DNA of 64,000 nt from Myxococcota bacterium (lineage in GTDB: Bacteria; Myxococcota_A; UBA9160; SZUA-336), in contig CBDFGR010000002.1 in NCBI GenBank assembly GCA_965247115.1, forward strand, positions 64,001 through 128,000, in the 5' to 3' direction. Below the pieces are notes generated by a model, which ran no database searches, was not told the origin of the DNA, and was given only the letters and a program-made list of their open reading frames with translations. A program made the position numbers and the translations under genes. This document shows positions 32,651-42,753 of this stretch, piece by piece (within the stretch, counting starts at the first letter, position 1; each line of letters opens with the position of its first letter).

Positions 32651-35600
32651 GGTGCGCTCCTCCTTTGTGGTGTGACAGCGACAGCGAGGGGTACCTCGGC
32701 ATGGGCCGGGAGCTCGATGTCGAGCTTGACGGCCGGCGGAATGGTGGAGAAGCCCGCTCGCTCGGCGACTCGCGTGACAACGTAGTACACGACGGGCGTT
32801 ACGAGTAGAGTGAACACCGTCGAGAAGAGCAGGCCGCCCACCACAACCGTGCCGATTGGCTGGCGGCTCTCGGCTCCCGCGCCGGTCGCGAGCATGAGGG
32901 GCACGGCGCCCAGGATCGAGGTGGTGCTCGTCATGAGGATGGGGCGGAAGCGCGTCCGGCCGGCGGACGCGAGCGCGGCCAGGAGCTCCTTGCCGCGCGC
33001 CCGCTCCTGGTTGGCGAAGTCGACCAGCAGGATCGAGTTCTTCGTCACGAGACCCACGAGCAGAATAATCCCCACCTGGCTGTACAGGTTGAACGTGTTT
33101 CCGGTGATGTACAGCGCGAGCAGTGCCCCGAGCGATGCCAGCGGCACGCCGACCAGCACCGTCAGTGGGTGGACGAAGCTCTCGAACTGCGCCGCGAGCA
33201 CGAGATAGATCACCAGGAGCGCGATTCCAAACGTCGCAAACACCGCTCCCGATGACTCCACGTACTCACGCGAGATGCCGGAGAGCGCGGTCCCGAAGCC
33301 CTCGGGCAGCTCCTCGTCAACGATCTGTTGCACGGCGGGCAGGGTTTCGCCAAGCGTTGCGCCGGGGAGCAGGTTGGCCGTGATGGCGGCCGAGCGCTGC
33401 AGGTCGTAGTGGTTGAGCGACGTGGCGCCTGTCACGGCTTCGATGCGGATCACAGCGGACAACGGGACCATTGCCCCTTCGTAGCCCCGCACGTGAATCT
33501 CGCCGAGCTGCTCCGGCACGCTGCGAAACGTGCCGGCCAGAGACGTCACAACGTCGTACTGACGGTTGCGCAGCACGAACTCGTCCGAGGCGTTCTGCGA
33601 GACCAGCAGGCGCAGGCTATCGGCAACCGAGCTCACGCGCACGCCGATGTCGGCTGCGCGCTCGCGGTCGAACTCGATGTCGAGCTGCGGGTTGTCGAGC
33701 TTCAGGTCCGTGTCGACGTTGGTCAGGCCGGACACCCTGCGGACGCGTTCGAGAACGCGGTCGGTGACGGCGCGCAGGTCCGCCAGGTCGGCGTCCGAGC
33801 TCTTGAGGATGACGTGAATGTCGTTCTGGCGCATCTGCCCGAGCGACGGCGCCTGTACCGGAAGCACCAGGGCCTGCGGGATCGCAAGCAGGTCGGGGGT
33901 CACCTCTGCCACGATCTCCTGCTGTGATCGCGAGCGCTCGCCCCACGGTTTCATCCGCACGTAGAGCATGCCGTCCGCAGTGTTCGCGGGGCCCTGGAAG
34001 GTCGACGCGATCGTGGCGAAGAAGCCCTGCACCTCGGGGATCCGCGCCACTCGCTCCTCGGCCTGCGCAATTGCCTGAAACGTGTAGGCCGCGGTCGAGC
34101 CCTGGGGCGCCTTCACGAATGCCATCCAGTTCCCGCGGTCCTCGAGTGGTACGAGGGTTCGGGGGATCCGTTCGAACACCGCGTAGAGTCCGATGAGCGT
34201 CGCGAGCATGAAGATGCCTGAGACCATACGGTGTCGAAGGCTCCAGCCCAGTGCGGCCTGGTACGCTGCAGTGATACCGTGAAAGAGCGCCTCGATGCCT
34301 CGCGAGATCCGACCCGTCGAGCGGACCGACAGGTAGCGCGAGCACAGCATGGGGACCAGTGTCAGCGCTACAAATGTCGAGATGAGAATGGCCGCGGTCA
34401 TCGTCCCGGCAAACTCCCGGAAGAGGCGCCCGGTATTCCCTTGCATCATCGAGAGCGGAACGAGGACCGACACCACGGCGATGGTCGTGGCGATCACGGG
34501 GAAGCCCACCTCGCGTGCTCCGTTCAGCGCGGCGCGGACGTGCGCTTCTCCAGCTTCGCGGCGCCGATAGATGTTCTCCATGACGACGATCGAGTCGTCG
34601 ACGAGAAGGCCGATCGCCAGGACCATGGCAAGCAACGACAGCACGTTGATCGAAAAGTCGAGTACGAGAAGCACGGCCATGGTGCCAACGAGCGACACAG
34701 GGATCGCCACGGCGGTGATCGCTGTGGCCGTAGCGGAGTGCAGGAAGAACAGGTTCACGAGCACGACCAGGAAGAAGACGATCCCCAGTGTCTTGGCAAC
34801 TTGCTCGAGCGACGCCTCGACGAAGATGCTGCTGTCGATGGCGACGTCGAAGTGGACGCCCTCTGGCAGCGCTCGCTGCACCTCGGGGAGCCGATCTCGT
34901 ACGGCCTGGGCCACCTCGAGCTCGTTCGAACGCGATTGCCGGCTGACGCCGATGCCGACAATGGGCTCCTGGCTGTGGCGACTGACGTTCTGGTAGTCCT
35001 CAGCGCCGAGCTCCACCCAGCCCACGTCCCCGATGCGGATGGGGATGCCGTTCTCCTCTCGGATGACGATCTGCTCGTACTCGCGGGGGTCGTCCATGTG
35101 CCCGCGCACGTTGACCGTGAACTTGCGAGCCGCCGCCTCGATCTCGCCGGCGGGTACCTGGAGGTTGTTGGCGCGAATCGCGCGCTGTACATCGGCCGCA
35201 TCCACACTGTGGGCGGCCATCTCGACGGGATCCAGCCAGACTCGCATGGCCAGGCGCCGAGCCCCCGCGATCTCGATTCGCGCGACCCCCGGGATCATCT
35301 GGAGGATGGGGCGCACGATGCGATCCGCCATGTCGGTGCGGTCGACGGAGGAGTAGCCCTTGCCTTTCAGCGCGATCCAGATGCTTCCAGACCCGTTCGC
35401 ACTCGCCTTCGTGATGATGGGGCGCTGGACCCCGTCAGGGAGCTGGCCGAGCACGCGCTGCAGCGCGTTCGACACGTCAGTCGACGCCAGGTCGATATCG
35501 CGGCCCGCGTCGAACTGGATGTTGATGAAGCTCATCCCGAACGCGCTGGTCGACTCGAGGCTGTGGATGTCGTCCACCGTGTTCAGCACCTGCTCGAGCG

Positions 35601-35796
35601 GCTCGGTGACGATGGCCTCGACCGTCTCCGGACTTGCGCCGGGGTAGAGGGTCCGCACCGAGACCACCGGCCGTTCCACGTCGGGGTACTCCCGGATCGG
35701 GAGCGCGCGAAACGCGATGACGCCCGCCACCACGATCAGCAGGTTCAGGACGGTCGCGAGGACGGGTCGTTCGATGGAGACGTCAGAAAGCCGCAC
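32647..35796 (-). CDS. RND efflux transporter permease subunit
   Basis: LPIREYP, AIGLLVDDSIVVMENI, LAAQFES, GLVTKNSILLVDF, RFRPILMT; GTG 35796 is the likely start. Confidence 0.95.
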   Translation of the reverse strand: MRLSDVSIERPVLATVLNLLIVVAGVIAFRALPIREYPDVERPVVSVRTLYPGASPETVEAIVTEPLEQVLNTVDDIHSLESTSAFGMSFINIQFDAGRDIDLASTDVSNALQRVLGQLPDGVQRPIITKASANGSGSIWIALKGKGYSSVDRTDMADRIVRPILQMIPGVARIEIAGARRLAMRVWLDPVEMAAHSVDAADVQRAIRANNLQVPAGEIEAAARKFTVNVRGHMDDPREYEQIVIREENGIPIRIGDVGWVELGAEDYQNVSRHSQEPIVGIGVSRQSRSNELEVAQAVRDRLPEVQRALPEGVHFDVAIDSSIFVEASLEQVAKTLGIVFFLVVLVNLFFLHSATATAITAVAIPVSLVGTMAVLLVLDFSINVLSLLAMVLAIGLLVDDSIVVMENIYRRREAGEAHVRAALNGAREVGFPVIATTIAVVSVLVPLSMMQGNTGRLFREFAGTMTAAILISTFVALTLVPMLCSRYLSVRSTGRISRGIEALFHGITAAYQAALGWSLRHRMVSGIFMLATLIGLYAVFERIPRTLVPLEDRGNWMAFVKAPQGSTAAYTFQAIAQAEERVARIPEVQGFFATIASTFQGPANTADGMLYVRMKPWGERSRSQQEIVAEVTPDLLAIPQALVLPVQAPSLGQMRQNDIHVILKSSDADLADLRAVTDRVLERVRRVSGLTNVDTDLKLDNPQLDIEFDRERAADIGVRVSSVADSLRLLVSQNASDEFVLRNRQYDVVTSLAGTFRSVPEQLGEIHVRGYEGAMVPLSAVIRIEAVTGATSLNHYDLQRSAAITANLLPGATLGETLPAVQQIVDEELPEGFGTALSGISREYVESSGAVFATFGIALLVIYLVLAAQFESFVHPLTVLVGVPLASLGALLALYITGNTFNLYSQVGIILLVGLVTKNSILLVDFANQERARGKELLAALASAGRTRFRPILMTSTTSILGAVPLMLATGAGAESRQPIGTVVVGGLLFSTVFTLLVTPVVYYVVTRVAERAGFSTIPPAVKLDIELPAHAEVPLAVAVTPQRRSAP

Positions 35797-36913
35797 CGCG
35801 CGTCCTGCAATCCGCCGTGGGTCCGTACCAGCCCAGCTCGAGGAGCTGGTTCTCGGTCGGCGTGTGGGGCTGGGGAGCTGCGAGCGTACCCCCCCGGAGC
35901 TTCTGGTGGCCGGCCACGACCACTGTCGCGCCACGCTCCAGGCCCGCGGTCACGTGGACGCCGTCCACGAAGTAGTCGCCGAGCTGCACCTCCTTTTGCG
36001 CGGCGATCCCGCCGTCGTCCAGCGTGTAGATGAGGAACTTGGTGCCGAAGCGGACGATCGCCTCCTGCGGAACGACGAGCGCCCCGGGGTACATGTCGAC
36101 GAGAAGCCGCACGCGGGTGGACATGCCGGGCCACAGCTCGCCGCCGGGATTGGGGATGGTGGCCCGCAAGCGCAGCCGTCGCGTCCGGGAGTCGACCTGG
36201 GGATCGATCGCGTCCACGCGGCCCTCGAAGCGCATGCCGCAAAGCCCGACAGTGCCGAGAACGCGCTGGCCGAGCGCGATGAGCGCGGCGTGGCGCTGGG
36301 GAATGGCGAACTCGAGCTGGAGCGGGTCGGTGCGGGTGATCTCGACGATCCGGTCTCCGGCTTCCAGGTACTGGCCGCGATTCACCTGCCGCAGGCCGAG
36401 CACACCGGCGAACGGAGCGTGGATGCGCGTCTTCTCCAGACGGGTCTGCGCCTCCCGCAGCGCGCCGCTGGCCGCGTCGAGCTGTGCTCGAGCTTCGTCG
36501 GCCGCCTGCTCGGACGCCACGCTGGCCGCCCGCAGCGAGCTCGTGCGGCTCTGCCGGTACTCGGCGCTCTGGAAGCGGGCGCGCGCCACGGCGGTGGCTG
36601 CCTGGGCTTCGGCGTCGTCGAGCGCGGCCAGGAAGTGCCCGGTCTCGACCGCCCGACCCTCCGGAATGTCGAAGTCCGTCACGGTGCCCGCGATCTCGCT
36701 GGCGACGACTGTCGTCTCCGGACTCGAGAGTGCGCCTACGGCCGGCAGCACACGCGGCAGGTCTAGCGGCGCTGCGGTGACCACGTGGACCAGGATTGCG
36801 GGTCCCACTGTCTCCTGCGGACTCCCGCGAGACTCCGAGCCGCACGCCGTGAGAAGGAGCAGCGCACAGATGCCCGGCCAGGGGCTGATCAAGGCGACCA
36901 GAACGGCCCTCAT
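35783..36913 (-). CDS. RND periplasmic adaptor (MFP) lipoprotein
   Basis: Lipobox LTAC; IHAPFAGVLG, IDPQVD..TR, LWPGM. Confidence 0.92.
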   Translation of the reverse strand: MRAVLVALISPWPGICALLLLTACGSESRGSPQETVGPAILVHVVTAAPLDLPRVLPAVGALSSPETTVVASEIAGTVTDFDIPEGRAVETGHFLAALDDAEAQAATAVARARFQSAEYRQSRTSSLRAASVASEQAADEARAQLDAASGALREAQTRLEKTRIHAPFAGVLGLRQVNRGQYLEAGDRIVEITRTDPLQLEFAIPQRHAALIALGQRVLGTVGLCGMRFEGRVDAIDPQVDSRTRRLRLRATIPNPGGELWPGMSTRVRLLVDMYPGALVVPQEAIVRFGTKFLIYTLDDGGIAAQKEVQLGDYFVDGVHVTAGLERGATVVVAGHQKLRGGTLAAPQPHTPTENQLLELGWYGPTADCRTRGAAF

Positions 36914-37072
36914 GCCGGCCCTGCCGGTCCGAGAACTCGGCCGAACGCCTCGCGAACACCGGGGGCAAGCCGGGTGAGAGGTTGGCTCGGGTCGCTGTAC
37001 AGGGCGTGCTCCGCAGCGTTCGTGAGTAGACTTAGCAGTCTGAGCAGACCGAGCCTACCAGCTTGGGCGCTC

Positions 37073-37468
37073 TCAGTGCACGGTGTCGCTGCCCGCCGGA
37101 TCGACGGGCTCGGGCTGGGGGCCGGCCTGGTGATGCACCAGCTTCCAGGTCCCGCCCTCGCGGGCGAATACATTGGTGGCGACCAGGGTGCCGCCCTCGA
37201 GACGTTCGCTGCAGATCACGAACCCGCAGTCACCGAAGACGTAGGCGCGCGCGCCGAAGCAGGCGATCCGCGGAGGCTGGCCCTCCATGATGCTCTTCCA
37301 GCTCGCGATGACGGACTCGCGCCCCTGGAGGGGTGCCCAACCGGGGTGGATGCAGGCCACAGGGGCATGGGCGGCCCAGACCGCGGCCAGAGCTTCAAGG
37401 TCGCGCTGATCAAACGCGCGATAGAAGGCGTCATTCGCGTTCAGAATTGCCTCTTCGTCGGCGGGCAC
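37073..37468 (-). CDS. SnoaL-like / NTF2 family protein
   Basis: ANDAFYRAF, CIHPGW, ATNVF..WKLVHHQ. Confidence 0.85.
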   Translation of the reverse strand: MPADEEAILNANDAFYRAFDQRDLEALAAVWAAHAPVACIHPGWAPLQGRESVIASWKSIMEGQPPRIACFGARAYVFGDCGFVICSERLEGGTLVATNVFAREGGTWKLVHHQAGPQPEPVDPAGSDTVH

Positions 37469-37529
37469 AGCAGCGCTTCTCGTAGTTCGGTCCGGCGCCT
37501 AGTCTACCAGCTGCCTTGAGCCAGTCCCG

Positions 37530-38156
37530 CTACTCCAGCTCCAGCTCAGCCTGGTAGGCGTAGAGCTCTCCCTCACGCTGAGTGCGCACGACGATCAGAT
37601 CTTCGATCTCTGCGTGGAGTTGTCCGCGCGTCTCCGACAGCTCTTTGATCTGCCCCAGCAGGACGAGACGTTGCTCGCTCGTGGCTTCATCGCTGATGAG
37701 GGCTGCTTCTCTGGCCACCAGGTCCTGCTTGACCTGCTCCAGCGCTCTCTTCTTGTAGCTGATCTGCCCGTTTGCACTGGCGACGCTCGCTCTGAGCTGC
37801 CGAAGATGGTGGCCCGCGTTGTAGGCATCCAGGAAGTCCGCTTCCAGGTCAGCGGGGCATACGCCTGCGTACCGGGCGCCGCTGCTCCCGAGTGCGAAGG
37901 CCTTGGTCGGTTGACAGTACTCCTGCAGTCCCTCTGACCGACCCTGTTGATAGGCAGCAAGATCGGGCGCGATCCCATGCTTGGCACACGCCTTGCGGTG
38001 CCGCGCGAGATGCTGCGATCCGTAGCCCCGCGCGCCATCTTCGTAGCCGATCATCTGCCAGTCGCTGACCAGGCATTCGGCCTTGTTCATGGAAGCACAG
38101 CCAAAGAGCGCCAGACCACAAACTCCAACAAGCAAGACTCTAGACGTTTTCACCAC
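37530..38156 (-). CDS. DUF2799-like lipoprotein
   Basis: Lipobox LFGC; CASMNKAECLVSDWQMIGYEDG..GLQEYC; coiled-coil C-terminus. Confidence 0.8.
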   Translation of the reverse strand: MVKTSRVLLVGVCGLALFGCASMNKAECLVSDWQMIGYEDGARGYGSQHLARHRKACAKHGIAPDLAAYQQGRSEGLQEYCQPTKAFALGSSGARYAGVCPADLEADFLDAYNAGHHLRQLRASVASANGQISYKKRALEQVKQDLVAREAALISDEATSEQRLVLLGQIKELSETRGQLHAEIEDLIVVRTQREGELYAYQAELELE

Positions 38157-38307
38157 GCACCCTTCCTTCTCTGAGAAGAACTACGGCATTTCCACAGCGC
38201 TTTTCGAGTCGGAGAGGTAGCCGCGGCGCGCCCGGGCACGTCTGGCGGGCAAGTCACAGTGGTGGCCAGGGTCCAGAAAGGGCTGGCCGCGAGCCGAGCC
38301 GGATCGA

Positions 38308-38961
38308 TCAGTCCGCCACGAAGCAGTAGAACAGGCCGTTCCCGCCCGTACCCACCAGATCGCTCTGGCTGCACCCTCTGGAGCCATGCGCGGAGTTCCA
38401 TGACGTTGGGTTGGGACCACCGCCGGTTCGGTCGTGATGACCGACCTGAGCGCTGCCCTCTCCGCTGCTCGTCCAGTTCTTGCAGGTCTTGTCGTCATCA
38501 CCTGGGAAGACCGTTCCGTCGAGCTGTGAGCCGGTCAGGATGTCGTGCATGTTGGGACTATCGCCCCGACCGTTGACCATCTTGCCGTTCTCGTCGAGCG
38601 ACGTCTCTTTACCGAGGTTGTTGTCGTCGCCGTGTAGATCATCGACGTCTCTGGCGACCTCCACGCCCGAGGTGTTGTGCCAGGGGCCCTTCCCGATCCG
38701 GTCACGGGCGTTGACTGCGGCTCCGTCGGCCGAAGCACTTGCGCTCAGATAGGCGCGCCAGGTGCGATCGCCGGCCCCGGCTGCTTCCGCCAGCTTCTGG
38801 CAGTGAGCGTCGGCTCCCATGAGGCCACCGAGTGCGGCCCCGTTGCCCGGCCCTGCGCTCGTGATGAAGAAGCTCATGGATGCCGCCGCGGGAGCGTCCT
38901 GCGCGAGCAACGCGTGCAATCCCAGTACAGACAGCACGCTGACGAGAGCAAAGATTCTCAT
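38308..38961 (-). CDS. Secreted lectin-like (endostatin/C-type-lectin fold) protein
   Basis: Signal peptide; LGGLMGADAHCQ..WRAYLS..ARDRIG..CKNWTS..LFYCF. Confidence 0.7.
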   Translation of the reverse strand: MRIFALVSVLSVLGLHALLAQDAPAAASMSFFITSAGPGNGAALGGLMGADAHCQKLAEAAGAGDRTWRAYLSASASADGAAVNARDRIGKGPWHNTSGVEVARDVDDLHGDDNNLGKETSLDENGKMVNGRGDSPNMHDILTGSQLDGTVFPGDDDKTCKNWTSSGEGSAQVGHHDRTGGGPNPTSWNSAHGSRGCSQSDLVGTGGNGLFYCFVAD

Positions 38962-39116
38962 GTGGTGACCCTCCCGGCGGTTCGACAAAGCCCGTGATTG
39001 GAGGCCAACCCTACCATCTAAGCACCTGGGATCTCGAGGGATTTTGAACCGTTCAGGTCACCTCGATCACAACCGATGGCACGAAGGGGCACGTGAGAGC
39101 AGTCGAGAGGGACGCC

Positions 39117-41351
39117 ATGCGCGAGCTGGACAACCAGGGCGGATTTGTCCTCGTCGCCATCGTGATGGCGCTCGCAATTGTTGGCGCCGTTGCCTTCCTG
39201 CTGAATCGCGAGGGCAGTATGGGAGTCAGGCTGGCAGGGAGCTCCTTCGAGGCCACCCAGGCGCGCTATGTGGCCGAAGCAGGCCTCGAGCATGAGCGCT
39301 GGCGGCTCAACCAGGCGGGCTGTGTCGCGTACACGAACCTCCCCAGCACAGCGCTCGGGAACGACAGCTACAGCGCGACGGTCGCGAGTACCAGTGGCTC
39401 GCCTGTGACGATTACAGGCACCGGGACCCTCGTCACTGGTGCATCTCACCAGCTGCGCCGAAGCGGCGTCCCGATCTTCGGCGACCTGCGAACCGACTCC
39501 ATCCGGCCGACCTCGGGCGGGATCCGCGACACCTACCTCGCAGACGGAGCTCTCAGCAACACCGCCTTCGGTGGGAGTCCGGATCTGGTGGCCAGCGATG
39601 CGACAAGCGTGGACCGCGCACTCATCCGCTTCGATCTCTCGAACCTGCCCACCACCACGCGAGTGACCTCCGCCATCCTGGAGCTCGAGCTGGAGGACAT
39701 CGCGTTCGGAGGTGCAGGGAGCGCGCGGGTGCACAGGGCGACTGGCCGCTGGAGGGAGTCGGAGGCGACCTGGAACGAGCGCCGGAGCGGCGCGACGTGG
39801 ACCACTCCCGGTGGAGACTACGACCCGCAGATCGAGGCAAGCACGGACATCGACGTGGCCCAGCTCGGGTCGACGCAGTGGGATGTCACGCCCCTCACCG
39901 CGAGCTGGGTGCGTGGGACAAACCCGAACCACGGGCTGCTGTTGGCCGTGAGTCCCGGCATAGACGGTGCCAGCTTCTCGAGCGGCGATCGGGTGTGTGG
40001 GCAACACCCGAAGCTCACGGTGACCTATAGCTGCGAGTGCGGACAGCCGTGCCAGCTCGTAGAAGCACTCGGTCAGACCTGCGCCTGGGACAGCCTACCC
40101 AATGCCAATGCCGCCGAGTTCTCCACCGCTGGCGGCGGGGACATCTGGGATATCACCTTCCTGCCCGAGTGCGGGGCGTTCAACGCTGTCGCGGCCCCGG
40201 CCGACGGTGCCTGGCTGGGAGTGGACTACTCGAGCAGCACGGTCTACATGGTCGACATGGCGGGCAACCTGCTCACGAGCCTCGTGGTAGCCCCGCAGCA
40301 CATCCTGGGCATCGAGCTCGTTCCGTCGGGGGCGTGGGTCGACCATCTCGCGCTCGCAGACGAGAGCGATCAAGCGGTCTACTACGTGGACCTCGCTGGC
40401 AACGTCCAGGGCTCCTTCTCGACCTCGGGCTTTTCGCAGCACCCGGTCGGAGTCGCATTCATCCAGAGCTCCGCCACCGGGATCTACGATGGGCATCTCG
40501 CGATCAGCAGCGACAAGGACGGGTTCGGCACGAGTAGCTCGGCGGTCTACGTCGTAGATCAGGCGGGCTCCCTGAAGATAGCGATCGACCTCTCGGCACT
40601 CACACCGGAGCCATGGGGTGTCACGCATCTACCTGGAACTGACCGCCTGCTTGTGGCAGCAAAGGACGGCTGGGTGTACATGATCGACTTCACGGGAGCG
40701 CTCATAGCGCAATACGACGCCGCGGCCTTCGGCGCGACCCAGGTCCAGGGCATCGCTGTCAACCCCTTGACGGGTGACCACGTCGTGAATGATCACGACA
40801 CCGCAACGGTTAAGTACCTGAACTCCTTTGCCAGCGGCTATCGCGACGAGTTCAACGACAACCCTCCCTCTTACGCCGGAAACGATGGCGCTCTGACCTG
40901 GAGCAACGACTGGCAGGAGCTGGGCGAGAACGATGGCGCCAATCAGGGCAGCGTAACGGTCAGTGGAGGCTCGCGGTGCGCTTCGTCGAGATGCCTCCGC
41001 ATCGGTGCGAACGGGGCCAGCATCGTCGATCGAGGAGTGAGCCGCGAGGCGGATCTGTCGGGATTTGCCCGTGCGAATCTCAGCTTCAGCTACAGGCGCC
41101 GGAAGCTCAGAGACGGGGTGGGGAGTGTCACGCTGGCCGTCTCCCGCGATGCGGGCCTGAACTGGACGGATCTCGCCACGTACGACATTGACGCGGGAAG
41201 CGACTCGGGTCAGGTCCTGCAGGCCTTCGACATCACCCCGCACATGGGGCCCAGCACGCAGATTCGCTTCCTGGGCTCGGGCAACAACGCCGAAGGGTAC
41301 GTCCGCTTCGACGACATCGACATCGCGTCGGCAGGTTGCGGCGGGTCCTGA
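39117..41351 (+). CDS. PilX-like N-terminus fused to DNRLRE, beta-propeller and C-terminal beta-sandwich domains
   Basis: QGG|FVLVAIVMALAIV prepilin-type leader; ARYVAEAGLE; DTYL..RALIRFDL..ATWN..NHGLLL..PKLTVTY; repeated VYxVDxAG blades. Confidence 0.7.
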   Translation: MRELDNQGGFVLVAIVMALAIVGAVAFLLNREGSMGVRLAGSSFEATQARYVAEAGLEHERWRLNQAGCVAYTNLPSTALGNDSYSATVASTSGSPVTITGTGTLVTGASHQLRRSGVPIFGDLRTDSIRPTSGGIRDTYLADGALSNTAFGGSPDLVASDATSVDRALIRFDLSNLPTTTRVTSAILELELEDIAFGGAGSARVHRATGRWRESEATWNERRSGATWTTPGGDYDPQIEASTDIDVAQLGSTQWDVTPLTASWVRGTNPNHGLLLAVSPGIDGASFSSGDRVCGQHPKLTVTYSCECGQPCQLVEALGQTCAWDSLPNANAAEFSTAGGGDIWDITFLPECGAFNAVAAPADGAWLGVDYSSSTVYMVDMAGNLLTSLVVAPQHILGIELVPSGAWVDHLALADESDQAVYYVDLAGNVQGSFSTSGFSQHPVGVAFIQSSATGIYDGHLAISSDKDGFGTSSSAVYVVDQAGSLKIAIDLSALTPEPWGVTHLPGTDRLLVAAKDGWVYMIDFTGALIAQYDAAAFGATQVQGIAVNPLTGDHVVNDHDTATVKYLNSFASGYRDEFNDNPPSYAGNDGALTWSNDWQELGENDGANQGSVTVSGGSRCASSRCLRIGANGASIVDRGVSREADLSGFARANLSFSYRRRKLRDGVGSVTLAVSRDAGLNWTDLATYDIDAGSDSGQVLQAFDITPHMGPSTQIRFLGSGNNAEGYVRFDDIDIASAGCGGS

Positions 41352-41394
41352 CGCTGGCTGCCGTCGCACCCTCACGTCGCACGCTGCGCTCGCC

Positions 41395-42150
41395 TCAGCG
41401 GTAGTCCTCTGCGCGGTCTTGCGGCTCGAAGCCCAGGACCTTGCGCGGATGTTCCAGGTCGCGGTAGCTCCACTTGTTGTCCGAGAGCACGAAATAGATG
41501 TCGTAGCGGAGAGCACCGGGGGCACTGAGCGAGCGTTCGATCGCGTCGAGGACGTCGCGCTGGCTGCACCAGACGGAGAAGTGGCGCAGCTTGGCGGGCC
41601 GGTCCTGCGCGTTTACGAAGCCGATGCGAAGGCAGAGAACCGACAGCTCGCCGGTGTCTGCAAAGCGCCGGCCAAGCGCCTCCGCAAATACCTTGGTGCT
41701 GGCGTAGATGCCGATGGGACGCGTGGCCATCGTGTGATCGATGCAGGTCCAGCCCTCCGGGACGTCGTCGTAGCGACCTTCGACGATCGCACGGTATGGC
41801 TCTTCCCGCTCCCAGCCAGCCACTGTTGCGCCACTGCTCGCGAGGATCACGCGCTTTACGCCGGCCTGGCGCGCCGCTTCCAGTACGTTGTACGTGCCGA
41901 CAATGTTCGTCTCCAGAAACTCGTCCCAGGTGAACTGATCGCCGGACTTGCCCCCGAGGTGCACCACCACATCCTGGCCCTCGAAGGCCGGACGGATAGC
42001 ATCGAGATTCGAGAGATCCGCCCGAAAGGTGTGCACGCCGGGCACCACACTGCGGTTCAGCGCCGCGAGCTCGTACCGCCCTTCGAGCCGCGCGCGTAGC
42101 GCGCCCCCGATCAGGCCGCTCATGCCGGTCACGAGAACTCTCTGCGTCAC
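41395..42150 (-). CDS. NAD-dependent epimerase/dehydrogenase (uronate dehydrogenase-like)
   Basis: VTGMSGLIG, YASTK, LRIG; GTG overlaps the PqiC-like stop. Confidence 0.85.
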   Translation of the reverse strand: MTQRVLVTGMSGLIGGALRARLEGRYELAALNRSVVPGVHTFRADLSNLDAIRPAFEGQDVVVHLGGKSGDQFTWDEFLETNIVGTYNVLEAARQAGVKRVILASSGATVAGWEREEPYRAIVEGRYDDVPEGWTCIDHTMATRPIGIYASTKVFAEALGRRFADTGELSVLCLRIGFVNAQDRPAKLRHFSVWCSQRDVLDAIERSLSAPGALRYDIYFVLSDNKWSYRDLEHPRKVLGFEPQDRAEDYR

Positions 42151-42752
42151 TCTGTCCCCCCGGCCTGCTCGACGATGTCTTTCACGAACCGGGCGAAGAT
42201 GGACTCCAGCGCGCCGTTGAAGGCGCGCACCGCAGCGCTGACGCTGTCTCCAGCCGCTCGAGCTTCGTTCTCGTAGGTGCCGCTCCACACCAGCCGGTCG
42301 CTGCGCCGGTCGCGGAGCGCGAGGCCAAGCTGCACGCGGACCCGCTCTGCGTCAAGCACGCGCTCAAAGCGCTGGAGATGACCCGTGATCTCATAGTCGG
42401 CGGGGACCCGGAGCTCGGGCGTCACGATCCTGCGCGCAACGCCAGAGGAGCGCAGGTAGCGCACCAGGTCGTCGCGGAGGAGCTCGGCGGGTGGCTCCGT
42501 CCAGTGGTGATACAGGTGACGCTGAACCTGCACATCGCTTCCGTTCTCGCTGTAGACGATCGCGCGGTCGCGAGTGAGACCGTCCGCTGCGAAGCGCTCC
42601 ACGACGACGACCGCGTCGAGCGCAGGGCCCGCGGGCCCGGACGCGACGTCGGGACGAGAGGCCAGCCGATAGTACCGGTCCTGCGGGACCGGTTCGGCTG
42701 CGCAGCCCAGCACGAGCACCGCCAACAAGGCCGCAATGGTCCGCGAGATCAC
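42147..42752 (-). CDS. PqiC / ABC-type transport auxiliary lipoprotein
   Basis: Lipobox VLGC; YYRL, IVY..YHHWTEPP; follows the MCE gene. Confidence 0.8.
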   Translation of the reverse strand: MISRTIAALLAVLVLGCAAEPVPQDRYYRLASRPDVASGPAGPALDAVVVVERFAADGLTRDRAIVYSENGSDVQVQRHLYHHWTEPPAELLRDDLVRYLRSSGVARRIVTPELRVPADYEITGHLQRFERVLDAERVRVQLGLALRDRRSDRLVWSGTYENEARAAGDSVSAAVRAFNGALESIFARFVKDIVEQAGGTE

Positions 42753-42753
42753 G

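Noticed and set aside
34231..36968. Several 300-600 aa ORFs over the RND/MFP genes
   Set aside because: Shadow frames of well-supported genes.
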